From NCBI GenBank assembly GCA_034723395.1, contig JAYEOW010000001.1, positions 1 to 23,040 on the forward strand: a stretch of 23,040 nt of DNA. Reading direction: 5' to 3'. The DNA comes from Candidatus Margulisiibacteriota bacterium. GTDB lineage: Bacteria > Margulisbacteria > WOR-1 > O2-12-FULL-45-9. Each line of letters opens with the position of its first letter. Position 1 is the stretch's first letter. A program made the translations under genes and the position numbers. The notes beneath the pieces are model-generated. The model was not told the origin of the DNA and made no database searches. It saw only the letters and a program-made list of their open reading frames with translations. Shown piece after piece: positions 1-8,907 of this stretch.

Positions 1-468
1 ATTGGCGCAACCAACGTCTTCCGAGTCTTGGGGCCGGTCCCCGCTATTTTAGCCTTCACCCTGGACCTGTTAAAAGGGATCCTGGCCATCTATCTAATAA
101 TGTTGTTTACAGATCGTCCGGAAATTATCGTTATTTCCGGACTATGCGCGATTATTGGGCATACTTTCCCTGTTTTTCTTAAATTTAAGGGGGGGCGCGG
201 AGCAGCCACCGGGCTGGGAATATTGCTGGGAATAGCCCCGGAGATTTTTATAGCGGCCGTAATCACGGTAGCCCTGATCATCCTGATCACCAGATATGTT
301 TCGGTCGCTTCGATAATCACTCCGATCCTTGTGATGGTCGCTTTTATCATTATGCAAAAACCACTCCCCTACACCATCGCAATGGCGATCATTACCTTTT
401 TGATCATCGTCCGTCACATCCCGAATATAAAGAGGCTGTTGAAACGAAAGGAGAATAAAATATGGTAG
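1..468 (+). CDS. plsY: Glycerol-3-phosphate acyltransferase PlsY (5' partial)
   Basis: Frame open from base 1 (IGATNVFRVLG). Contains the PlsY motifs GATN, DLLKG, GHTFPVFLKFKGGRGAAT, RYVSVAS and HIPNIKRL. Hydrophobic; adjacent to gpsA. Confidence 0.95.
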   Translation: MGATNVFRVLGPVPAILAFTLDLLKGILAIYLIMLFTDRPEIIVISGLCAIIGHTFPVFLKFKGGRGAATGLGILLGIAPEIFIAAVITVALIILITRYVSVASIITPILVMVAFIIMQKPLPYTIAMAIITFLIIVRHIPNIKRLLKRKENKIW

Positions 469-1460
469 GAAGTCCAAAAAAAATATCAGTTGTCGGCGCG
501 GGCGCCTGGGGGACCACCCTTGCGATGCTGTTCGCAAAAAACGGGAACCAGGTTAAATTGTGGATATTCGAAAAAGAACTGGCAAAAGAAATATCTGATC
601 TTCATGAAAATAAAAAATACCTTCCCGGATTTAAACTTCCTGACAATATAAGCATAACTGCTGATCCCGGCGAGTGCGGCGGGTCAGACATCAATTTATT
701 TGTCGTCCCCACCCAATTCCTGCGCTCTGTGGCAAAAACATTCAGCCGTGTGATCGACCCCGAAACACCTCTCGTTTCAGCAAGCAAGGGGATAGAAAAA
801 AAGAGCTTGAAACTTCCAATGGAAATATTACAGGAAGAGCTTAAAGTAAAAGATGTCATAGCCCTTTCGGGGCCAAATCTTTCAAAGGAAATCGCCAAAG
901 GCCTCCCTGCCGCCACCGTCGTTGCTTCAGAAAACATAGAAAAAGCCAAATTGGTGCAGGGGGCACTAATGCAGAGTTGCCTTCGGGTCTACACAAACAC
1001 AGATGCTTTGGGCGCGCAAATTGGCGGGGCTTTAAAAAACATCATGGCTATCGCGGCTGGCGTTGCTGACGGGTTAGAACTTGGCGATAACGCGAAGTCC
1101 ACCCTTTATATTAGGGGGATCGCCGAGATCAGCCGCCTGGGAATTTCGCTGGGGGCAAATGCCAAAACTTTTAGCGGCCTTTCCGGTATAGGAGACCTGA
1201 TCACGACCTGCTCAAGCCGTCTTTCGAGAAATCACCGTGTCGGCGAACAAATTGCCAAAGGGAAAAAACTGCCGGAGATTATCGAATCGATGGTCGAAGT
1301 AGCCGAGGGCATACCTACCACCCAGGCCGCGCTAGAACTTGGGAAGAAACAAAAAATTACTATGCCAATCACCAATGAGGTAAATAATATCTTATACAAG
1401 GATAAAGATCCTCACCAGGCGATCACCGACCTTATGACCCGCGCCGCAACTAGCGAATAA
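462..1460 (+). CDS. gpsA: NAD(P)H-dependent glycerol-3-phosphate dehydrogenase
   Basis: GAGAWGT Rossmann motif, SKGIE, LSGPNLSKEI, GGALKNIMAIAAG, GDLITTCSSRLSRN, VAEG. SD-like AAGGAG upstream. Confidence 0.97.
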   Translation: MVGSPKKISVVGAGAWGTTLAMLFAKNGNQVKLWIFEKELAKEISDLHENKKYLPGFKLPDNISITADPGECGGSDINLFVVPTQFLRSVAKTFSRVIDPETPLVSASKGIEKKSLKLPMEILQEELKVKDVIALSGPNLSKEIAKGLPAATVVASENIEKAKLVQGALMQSCLRVYTNTDALGAQIGGALKNIMAIAAGVADGLELGDNAKSTLYIRGIAEISRLGISLGANAKTFSGLSGIGDLITTCSSRLSRNHRVGEQIAKGKKLPEIIESMVEVAEGIPTTQAALELGKKQKITMPITNEVNNILYKDKDPHQAITDLMTRAATSE

Positions 1461-2724
1461 GCTTTGCCTTCTCCCGCGCGCTCTTTTCTTCCATCTCTTT
1501 TATATGAGAACGGGAAAGAGCTTCGAGGTTCGAAGCAGTCAGAATATGCGGGGTAACGAAGACTATTAATTCCTGTTTTTCTTTGCTTATAACGCTCCTT
1601 CTAAAAAAAGCGCCGATCAATGGGATATCCATGACAAAAGGGATCCCATAATCGGTTTGCGTATCTTTATCCTTCATCAAACCGCCAATAACAAAAGTCT
1701 GCCCATCTTTGACCATAACTTCGTTCTTGGTTTCGGTCGTGTTTTCCTGCGGAAGTTCGTTTACGATCGTTCCATCACTCAATTTTGGTTCAATTGACAT
1801 TCGTATATAACCCCCTTTTGTAACTAATGGGGTTATACTAAGCGAAGTCCCGACTTCCAGGAAATTTATTTCCTGAGTAGTTGTAGTTTCAGTAATAACA
1901 GTGGTTTTATATCCTAATTTCTGCCCGATAAGCAGAGAAGCTTCTTTATTGCTTAGGGTAGTTAAACGCGGGGTAGCCACCGTATTATAGCTAACGGCCG
2001 TTTTTAGCGCCGATAGATAAGCCTCGATATTGCCGGAAAGGACATGCGCATAAATACCCTCAGGATCATCAGCGTTCGATTTTTCAGCAAACCCCTTGGT
2101 CTCGACCACATCATTAGGGTCACTTGAACTGGTATATTTTATATCTGATCCGGTTTTACCGCCATCGGTATGCCGGAGCTCGATCATCCGGACCTCGATC
2201 ATCACCTGAGTAGGGGGAACATCCAGCTCTTTTATAAGCCTTTCCAAACGCGGCAGATAATCGGAGGTAGTTTGGACGACCAACACATTATAGCTGTCAT
2301 CCACCGAAACTGTACTCCCGTCCGGAAGAATATTTTTTACTATGCTTTCTATGTCAGATGGACGCGCGCTTTCCAAGTAATAAGTGCGCATGATCTTTTT
2401 AGTGGAGACATAAATGGTCCCCTCTTCCTCAAACCAGTCCAACCCTTTGGTCCGCAGAACCGCTTCTAGTCCCTTTTTGGGGGCAATTCCGGTAAAAGTA
2501 ACCGTTATTTTACCCTCTACGTCGTCAGACGCGACGATATTAGTGTTCGTTGCCTTGGCAAAAATCTGTAAAACCGATTTAATATCCGCGTCCTTTAGGT
2601 TTAGATATACTTTTCCCCTCCTTATTTGCAGATTACTTGTTCGGGCCGCCATCGCTTCACTAAAAATACCAAGACAAATACCGACCACCAAAATTAATAC
2701 CAATATCCCTTTTACTTTATTCAT
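1450..2724 (-). CDS. pilQ: Secretin, PilQ/GspD family (signal peptide, STN/N domains, secretin domain)
   Basis: Signal peptide ending AMA; LNLKDADIKSVLQIFA; LIKELDVPPTQVMIEVRMIE; C-terminal VKDGQTFVIGGL, GIPFVMDIPLIGAFFR, ELIVFVTPHIL. Last gene of the pilMN-O-P cluster. Confidence 0.9.
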   Translation of the reverse strand: MNKVKGILVLILVVGICLGIFSEAMAARTSNLQIRRGKVYLNLKDADIKSVLQIFAKATNTNIVASDDVEGKITVTFTGIAPKKGLEAVLRTKGLDWFEEEGTIYVSTKKIMRTYYLESARPSDIESIVKNILPDGSTVSVDDSYNVLVVQTTSDYLPRLERLIKELDVPPTQVMIEVRMIELRHTDGGKTGSDIKYTSSSDPNDVVETKGFAEKSNADDPEGIYAHVLSGNIEAYLSALKTAVSYNTVATPRLTTLSNKEASLLIGQKLGYKTTVITETTTTQEINFLEVGTSLSITPLVTKGGYIRMSIEPKLSDGTIVNELPQENTTETKNEVMVKDGQTFVIGGLMKDKDTQTDYGIPFVMDIPLIGAFFRRSVISKEKQELIVFVTPHILTASNLEALSRSHIKEMEEKSAREKAKLIR

Positions 2725-2725
2725 G

Positions 2726-3241
2726 TTATTCCCCCTCCAAACGTAACACTTTTGTTCGACTCCCTTTTGTTATCGTAACCGATCTCTCACTTATACCTGT
2801 AACCCGCCATCCGTTTACTATCTCTCCAACTGATACTGCCTGGCCCGAAATAAAAGCAACCTTCATGCTCGAATCTACCCAAACCCCCTCTAGCACCGGG
2901 GCCACTTCTTTCGCAGGCGGTGCGATTGTCTTTTTTGTTGTAATATCCACCTTGCGTTTTACCCCAACCCTTAAAGCAAACGGATTTGTCAAAATCCTGG
3001 CATCTTCCAGTTCAAGCCTTAATCTCGCCCTCTCTGCTTCTTTTTGGGACTCAAGCTCAGACGGGGAAACAACCTTTTCTACTTCCGGGGCCTTTCGCCG
3101 CTTGGGAATAATTTGTTTCTCCTCAACTACCGGCCAATACATATAAATCGCAAAGACAATCACCAGCGCCATAAACACCAATAATATTATTGCGCTCCTC
3201 TTTTTGCTCATATCGACATTTTTGATATTTTTAAAGTCCAT
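2726..3241 (-). CDS. PilP/GspC-like pilus assembly protein with N-terminal membrane anchor
   Basis: One N-terminal TM helix, NPF motif, C-terminal beta domain (LEGVW...AFISGQAVSVGEIVNGWRVTGI). Lies between pilO and the secretin. No lipobox Cys. Confidence 0.65.
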   Translation of the reverse strand: MDFKNIKNVDMSKKRSAIILLVFMALVIVFAIYMYWPVVEEKQIIPKRRKAPEVEKVVSPSELESQKEAERARLRLELEDARILTNPFALRVGVKRKVDITTKKTIAPPAKEVAPVLEGVWVDSSMKVAFISGQAVSVGEIVNGWRVTGISERSVTITKGSRTKVLRLEGE

Positions 3242-3243
3242 TT

Positions 3244-3753
3244 TTAATGGTAAGCCGTAATCGACATCTGAATTTCAAGGGTCGGCTTGCGCTCTTCCGC
3301 TCCTCTCACGTCTATTTCATCGATCGAGATCAACATTTGCAATTCGCGCAGTATCTTTAAAAACTGGTAGAGATCCTGATAACTGCCATTTGATGTGATA
3401 TCAAACTTCATCCCTTCGCGTACGGCCAAATTCGGCTTAATTGAAATTAAGTTCAACCCGGACTTTGAAGTCGCTTGTGAAAGGGACCTCAAAACTTCGA
3501 GCGCTTTTTCTTCTTTCGTTAGGGGGATATTTTCTTCCCTTACCCCGGCTTTTGTTTCAAAAGCTTCCAGTATCTTAATTTTGCTTTCTGCCAATCTTAA
3601 TTCGATTCGAGCATCCCTTACTTGCGCTTTTAATTTATCAATATCGTTCCACTTAGCAACCAGTAAAAAGCGATAAAAAAGGTAGAATACGACAACTCCC
3701 AGCATTATCATAATCAGCTTATTTTCTCTATCCGACAATTTTAATGGCAGCAT
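3244..3753 (-). CDS. pilO: Type IV pilus assembly protein PilO/GspM-like
   Basis: LSDRE + TM helix + coiled coil + ferredoxin-like region (GLNLISIKP, GSYQDLYQFLKIL). SD AGGAG upstream. Confidence 0.8.
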   Translation of the reverse strand: MLPLKLSDRENKLIMIMLGVVVFYLFYRFLLVAKWNDIDKLKAQVRDARIELRLAESKIKILEAFETKAGVREENIPLTKEEKALEVLRSLSQATSKSGLNLISIKPNLAVREGMKFDITSNGSYQDLYQFLKILRELQMLISIDEIDVRGAEERKPTLEIQMSITAYH

Positions 3754-3762
3754 CCAACTCTC

Positions 3763-5406
3763 CTATATTTTTATTTTTGCCACGATCTCAAAATCAAAAG
3801 CGTCTTGAACAAACTCCACATTTTTTGAAGCCTGCAATAATTTGACCTCGCCAAAATATTTGGATGAAGAAAGCGATAGGACAAATTTTGAGAGCACATT
3901 TTCCGCCGTATCACCAACTTCAAAGGCTGTTCCCCAAACATGTATCTCACTCGGCGTCATGTTAATATTTCTCAATATGACACTCCGGGGGACCAAATGG
4001 CTTATTTCGCGGAACACCAAGGGGATCTTAGTCCTCTCTTCTTCGTGCAGCTGCAAAGCTAGTCTTTTTCTTTCGTGCGCCTTGGCGGTCTTCTCTATCA
4101 GGCCCAAAGCCTCAATTTTTGGCTTATACTCTTTTAACTTTCTATTAATATTGCTTAAAACACCATCTAAGATCAAAGCATGCACAAAGAAGATCATATA
4201 GAACAGGAAAAGGAAAATTGTATAGGTCAATATTACATACTGGGGTTTCAATAATTCCTGTGCGGCCAATTCCCACCGATGCTTGATCTCATCGGGCATT
4301 AGATTGATCTTTTCTCCGCCGGCGATGCCCGCCCCAACCGCGGCAGAAAGCCTTGGAATTATTTCTTCGAGGAGCTCTCTATCCTCTATATCCACACTGC
4401 CCTCTATCCCCTCGAGAATCTTTGGCGTTTCAACCGGGATCCCCAACCCATCAGAAAGGAACTTAACCAGATTTTTGGTTATCGAGCCCCCTCCAGTTAA
4501 TAATATTTTATCTACCGCAGCTTCCCCGGTCTGTCCCTTATAATACTCGAAAGAACGCATGATCTCATCTTGCATCCTTTCCAGCGCAGGCCGCACCATC
4601 GCCTGCAATTGTGTAATGGGAATATCCGCTACTCTTGGATAAGTGGCTACATCAATCGGGACCCCATGTTCGAGCTTGATCTTCTCGGCATCGTCAGGGC
4701 TAATCTCTATCCGGCCATCCGGCGAAACTAAAACACCGGACATCGCTAGCGTAATATTCTCTCCGCCGATATTCAATTCCCTCTCAAAAACAATTTTATT
4801 ATCTTTTAAAATACTGATATTTGTAGTGTTCTTTCCCATATAAATAAGGGATATTATTTTCCCCTTATTTTTCAAGATCTCTACTTCGAACACCTCATGT
4901 AAAACATCCGGAAGGATGACCATCGCAGCAAGTTTGAGCCCCGCCCTTTTAATCAGGCGATCATAATTTTCATAAGTGTTTTTATTTACACTGGCAACTA
5001 AATAATCCGCCTTCTGTTCTGCCCCCCCAACCGTTGTAGAAAGTGGATAATAATCGAAAACAGCTTCCTCGATCGGGTAAGGGAGCTCTTCTGCCAGCTT
5101 CCATTTTACTGCCTCATGCATCTCCCCCCTAGCCACTTCGGATAAATTGAAGATTTTGACAAAAACTTCACTCCCGCCTAAAGCAACCGCCGCCTCTTTG
5201 GCCTTCATTTTCTTCTCTTGGACAAGTTTACGGATAGTATCTGCCTGGGCATCCTCTTTATCGGGGTGTTTATTAAGCAGGGAGTAAGCAAGGTCGGCCA
5301 ATCCCCAATTCTTAATAATTGGCCTCCCTTTGTCTTTTTCGATCTCGACAATTTTTACTGAGGTAACTCGGAGGTCAATTCCTAAAATTGATCTTGATTT
5401 GGGCAT
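3763..5406 (-). CDS. pilM: Fused PilM (actin-like) - PilN pilus assembly protein
   Basis: LGIDL..SVKIVE, IGGENIT, ILLTGGGS, LSAAVGAG (PilM), followed in frame by INLMP, a TM helix, a coiled coil and a PilN-like domain. Confidence 0.88.
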   Translation of the reverse strand: MPKSRSILGIDLRVTSVKIVEIEKDKGRPIIKNWGLADLAYSLLNKHPDKEDAQADTIRKLVQEKKMKAKEAAVALGGSEVFVKIFNLSEVARGEMHEAVKWKLAEELPYPIEEAVFDYYPLSTTVGGAEQKADYLVASVNKNTYENYDRLIKRAGLKLAAMVILPDVLHEVFEVEILKNKGKIISLIYMGKNTTNISILKDNKIVFERELNIGGENITLAMSGVLVSPDGRIEISPDDAEKIKLEHGVPIDVATYPRVADIPITQLQAMVRPALERMQDEIMRSFEYYKGQTGEAAVDKILLTGGGSITKNLVKFLSDGLGIPVETPKILEGIEGSVDIEDRELLEEIIPRLSAAVGAGIAGGEKINLMPDEIKHRWELAAQELLKPQYVILTYTIFLFLFYMIFFVHALILDGVLSNINRKLKEYKPKIEALGLIEKTAKAHERKRLALQLHEEERTKIPLVFREISHLVPRSVILRNINMTPSEIHVWGTAFEVGDTAENVLSKFVLSLSSSKYFGEVKLLQASKNVEFVQDAFDFEIVAKIKI

Positions 5407-5414
5407 TTGGGAAT

Positions 5415-5442
5415 ATTATATATAATGGAGGACGTTTGTCAA
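5415..5442 (-). promoter_or_regulatory. Sigma-70-type promoter for pilMN-O-P-Q, probably leaderless
   Basis: Minus strand TTGACA (5442-5437), 16-nt spacer, TATAAT (5420-5415), then 8 nt to the ATG at 5406. No SD. Confidence 0.75.
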
Positions 5443-5515
5443 ACGCTTAATAGGCCTTCATTTCACAGCCTAATATCCGCAGCCTCGTCCATTTCGCCGC
5501 CCGGGGTCGACTATT

Positions 5516-6745
5516 TTAATATATTTCGTCCCATGTTTCAATATCGGTAGCTTCGGCCGTCCCGCTCCCCGATTCTAACCCAGGGATTAAGGTCTGATCG
5601 ACCAACTCTGGGGACAAATTAATATCTGAATTTTCCCCGATACTATCTACAAATCCGGCAATAATATTCCCGTCAAAATCGGTATTATTTCCTAAGATAA
5701 GAGTTCCTTCGCAGAAAAGAAGACCATTAAAATCGATATTATTTCCGATATCGATATCTCCGGAGGTAATAAACGAGGTCCCTTCGCCCGCGCTGATTTC
5801 ATCGCCCGCCTCAGCATTGTTCCCCACATCAAACCCTGTAGACGAATACCATATATTATTTTTACCAATAATCACGTTATTATCTATCGTGATCAATCCA
5901 TCAGCTATAACTGAAAAATTATCACCGATGACAACATTGTTATTTACCACAAATGTTCCCGTGGCGACGATAGTAGCCGATCCGGTAATACTAATATTTG
6001 CATTGTTCCCAAATGCGGCATCACCATTGACATAATAAAGGCCCGACAGCGTCCTGTTGCCGTTCCAGCTCTGATTCCCGCTCGGATAAGTTGCAGCTAT
6101 CGCTAATTGATCGTCATAATATGTGGTATCAATAAAAGGCGCAGTTTCGGGAGTAGGGACATGTGTCTCAATCGTCCCGGAAACACCTCCAGTATCGCCA
6201 GACACATCACCAGTAGATTGAGTGTCCCCGTTAATTGTAACGTTACTACCTACATCAATATCATTATCCGCAAAAAGATCTCCGGTAATCGTAACGTTAT
6301 TATCTATTTGGGTAGCATCACCCCCTCCGCCAATTCCTCCCCCACCCCAATACATGACATACTCATCCTCGAAGGACCATCCGCCGCTTTTAACAATATT
6401 AGCCTGGAGCATTCGTTGATAGGTCGTCCCCTCAACCGTATAATACGCCGTTACCGTTACCGTAATAAAATTTGCCGATTCACCGGTGGTGGCGATCGAA
6501 AAAACACCGTCGGAAAATTGGCCCGTAGCCTGCGCTGGAGGGCTTGACCAATCATCATCTACTTTTAATTGCCTTAGATAATACTGGAATCCGGCATTCG
6601 CAATGTAAAACGCGTTTAAGGATTCATAATTCTTTACCGAAATATGCGATCCGGAAGAGACCAGCGTAGTAATGGTAACCGCAAATAAAGTAACGGCAAC
6701 AACAATAAAAACGGTGGCAATTAGCGTAAATCCTCTTTTTTTCAT
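5516..6745 (-). CDS. PilX/GspK-like minor pilin with acidic Asn/Gly-rich repetitive C-terminal domain
   Basis: MKKRG|FTLIA class III signal lacking Glu+5; AFYIANAGF is PilX N-terminal-like; repeated (G/D)NN turns. SD GGAGG upstream. Confidence 0.75.
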   Translation of the reverse strand: MKKRGFTLIATVFIVVAVTLFAVTITTLVSSGSHISVKNYESLNAFYIANAGFQYYLRQLKVDDDWSSPPAQATGQFSDGVFSIATTGESANFITVTVTAYYTVEGTTYQRMLQANIVKSGGWSFEDEYVMYWGGGGIGGGGDATQIDNNVTITGDLFADNDIDVGSNVTINGDTQSTGDVSGDTGGVSGTIETHVPTPETAPFIDTTYYDDQLAIAATYPSGNQSWNGNRTLSGLYYVNGDAAFGNNANISITGSATIVATGTFVVNNNVVIGDNFSVIADGLITIDNNVIIGKNNIWYSSTGFDVGNNAEAGDEISAGEGTSFITSGDIDIGNNIDFNGLLFCEGTLILGNNTDFDGNIIAGFVDSIGENSDINLSPELVDQTLIPGLESGSGTAEATDIETWDEIY

Positions 6746-7275
6746 TCCATCCTCCTTGTTCTTACCCGGGCGGCAGATTCGATTACAAACCGATTATCTC
6801 CCTTTACCACCATCAGGTCAACACGAATTACCCCGATCGCCTCATTCGAAGCGACGGGATTCCCGTCAGTATCTAAATATGAAAAGATAAGCCCATTACT
6901 CGCATCGAGATCATCAAGCAAAATATCTGAATTGCGATATAAAGAGGTCCCCTCCTGGGAAAAAGTTATGGTATTGCTATTGATATCGGTAAAGGTAACC
7001 TCTTTTGAAGTAAAGGTGGAAATACTGGAATTACCGTCCACCCTCTTTAGCTCGCGGACGACCTTATACATTGCCGATTGCGTGGACATCGCAATCCCCT
7101 TCTGTCCGCTCAAAAAAGCCCAGGTGTCGATTGCTTCCCAGAGGAAAAAAGTAAGCACCGCCGTAATAATAGCAATCAAGGAGATTACGGTAATTAATTC
7201 AATTAGAGTAAACCCTTGCCTGCCGGCTTCGCCCCGAGGCTCAGCCCGAGGGGCAGGCAGGGATTTACTCTTCAT
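6742..7275 (-). CDS. Minor pilin, PilW/GspJ-like, with a palindromic insertion in the leader peptide
   Basis: G|FTLIE prepilin site and hydrophobic helix. ATG 7275 chosen because it follows the upstream stop at 7277; ATG 7284 is an alternative. Confidence 0.8.
   Translation of the reverse strand: MKSKSLPAPRAEPRGEAGRQGFTLIELITVISLIAIITAVLTFFLWEAIDTWAFLSGQKGIAMSTQSAMYKVVRELKRVDGNSSISTFTSKEVTFTDINSNTITFSQEGTSLYRNSDILLDDLDASNGLIFSYLDTDGNPVASNEAIGVIRVDLMVVKGDNRFVIESAARVRTRRME
7213..7262. repeat. Nested palindromic element inside a prepilin leader
   Basis: TGCCTGCC (7217-7224) / GGCAGGCA (7252-7259) inverted repeat separated by a 27-nt GC-rich insert; encodes LPA-PRAEPRGEA-GRQ. Confidence 0.8.
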
Positions 7276-7276
7276 A

Positions 7277-7666
7277 TTAAACATCCGACCTTATTGATTC
7301 TAGGGTGGTTGGAATGCCCAGATCCGGGTGCCGGATCAGGACTTCGATTTTTTTATAGTCCGTGCTGTAGCCTACCGGCGTATCCAGCGCCTCGCCGGAA
7401 ACATAGTTAGAGATTATCTCGTAGCTAAAATCGCTAAGATTTCCGGAAAAATTAGTTTCACTTTCTGAAGTAACATTATTAAAACTTAACGCCATCGTCT
7501 CCTCGAGCTTCCCCTCCGCTAAAGATTGGGCAACCGTAAATATTTCTACATTCACCCCCTTTACCCCGGTCGTTATAAAAACGGCGATCAGCGCGTAAAG
7601 CACGATCGCCAAAACCGTGATCGAAATAACAACCTCGATTAAACTGAACCCGCGTTTATTTTTCAT
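7277..7666 (-). CDS. Minor pilin, PilV/GspI-like
   Basis: MKNKRG|FSLIE, AQSLAEGKLEE, KKIEVLI; 129 aa; second of four prepilins. Confidence 0.8.
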   Translation of the reverse strand: MKNKRGFSLIEVVISITVLAIVLYALIAVFITTGVKGVNVEIFTVAQSLAEGKLEETMALSFNNVTSESETNFSGNLSDFSYEIISNYVSGEALDTPVGYSTDYKKIEVLIRHPDLGIPTTLESIRSDV

Positions 7667-8166
7667 TGAGCGCTGATTTTCCCCGTATTAGGGATAATTA
7701 TAACTGTTTTTGTCGTTCCGCCAAACTCCACGCTGACTGTTCCGGTATTTACCAGCGGCGAACCGTTCTTATCGTCATAAGGATAGCCAAGGGGATGAAA
7801 TTCTATTTTGTTTCCCCCGTCAAAATAGACCGAATCTATAATTACCCCGCTATATTCATTGGAAATGTCGATGCTAAAATCATTTTGCAGTGCGGAGGGA
7901 TCTTTGATTACCGTATCGGTTACTCCATCGGTAATATAGATTGTATAAAGGTTTACGGGATCGGCTTCAAAGCTTACTCCGTACCATTTCGAGGTAGTAA
8001 GGGCGAGATTTTGAGCATATTTCAGGTCGGCAGCCAACCTTTTTGCCGCCGCGTCTACCCTGACTGGGCCCAAAGAGCCTAAGGCGATCATCGATACGCC
8101 CGCCAGGACCACGATCAACCCTAAAACCACAATAAGCTCTATCAATGAAAAGGCTTTTCTATTCAT
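7663..8166 (-). CDS. Minor pilin, FimT/GspH-like
   Basis: MNRKA|FSLIE, AAKRLAADLKYAQNLA, IEFHPLG, C-terminal TGKI. Confidence 0.85.
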   Translation of the reverse strand: MNRKAFSLIELIVVLGLIVVLAGVSMIALGSLGPVRVDAAAKRLAADLKYAQNLALTTSKWYGVSFEADPVNLYTIYITDGVTDTVIKDPSALQNDFSIDISNEYSGVIIDSVYFDGGNKIEFHPLGYPYDDKNGSPLVNTGTVSVEFGGTTKTVIIIPNTGKISAQ

Positions 8167-8181
8167 TTCTGACCGATTTTA

Positions 8182-8907
8182 TCACCGCGGACCAAACTGT
8201 GCAAACTGTTTTATTTTTAATTTATGTAATACTAATTTCCCGCAAACCAATAATGTCTGGATCCCATAAATTGTGCTCCGCCACGCGTTAATTTCTGAAG
8301 CTTCTTTAAAATACCGGCAAGGGATCGGGATCTCTCCTGCCTTAAATCTAAAGGCAGCCACTTCAGCCAGCACCTCCGTGTCAAAAACAAAATCATTTGA
8401 ATTTAGCTGGTAAGGGATCGTCTCCAAAACTTTTCGGCCAAAAGCGCGCATGCCGGTATGGTATTCAGACAAATCAAGCTTAAATACCAAATTTTCAACG
8501 AACGTAAGAAAACGATTTGATATCAGCTTATAAAAGGGCATTCCGCCGGCGCCGGTTAAAATACGTGATCCGAGCATTACATCTTTCTCGCCCTTAATGA
8601 TCGGACTGATCAGCTCTGAAATCTTAGTCGCGTCGTACTGCCAATCGGGGTGGACCATAATGATCACATCCGCCCCTATCTTTAACGCCTCTCCATAAAG
8701 CATCTTCTGATTTCCGCCGTATCCCAAATTCTGCGGAGTCTTTAAGACGCGGATATCAAGCGAGGTCGCTATTTCAACCGTTCTGTCGGTCGAACAATCG
8801 TCGCCCAGGATTACTTCTGACACTAAATTTTTTGGAATATCCTGAAAGGTCTTTTCCAAAGTCTTTTCGGCATTATAGGCCGGCATAATTACGATAATCT
8901 TTGCCAT
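8182..8907 (-). CDS. Glycosyltransferase family 2 (polyprenol-phosphate glycosyl synthase, DPM1-like)
   Basis: IMPAYNAE, DDCSTD, NLGYGGNQK, HPDWQYD, GSR, FVFDTE. ATG 8907 follows GGAGG. Confidence 0.9.
   Translation of the reverse strand: MAKIIVIMPAYNAEKTLEKTFQDIPKNLVSEVILGDDCSTDRTVEIATSLDIRVLKTPQNLGYGGNQKMLYGEALKIGADVIIMVHPDWQYDATKISELISPIIKGEKDVMLGSRILTGAGGMPFYKLISNRFLTFVENLVFKLDLSEYHTGMRAFGRKVLETIPYQLNSNDFVFDTEVLAEVAAFRFKAGEIPIPCRYFKEASEINAWRSTIYGIQTLLVCGKLVLHKLKIKQFAQFGPR

Noticed and set aside
8545..8554. CCGGCGCCGG palindrome in the GT2 gene
   Set aside because: Only 10 bp, explained by Thr-Gly-Ala-Gly codons, and no sign of added peptide.
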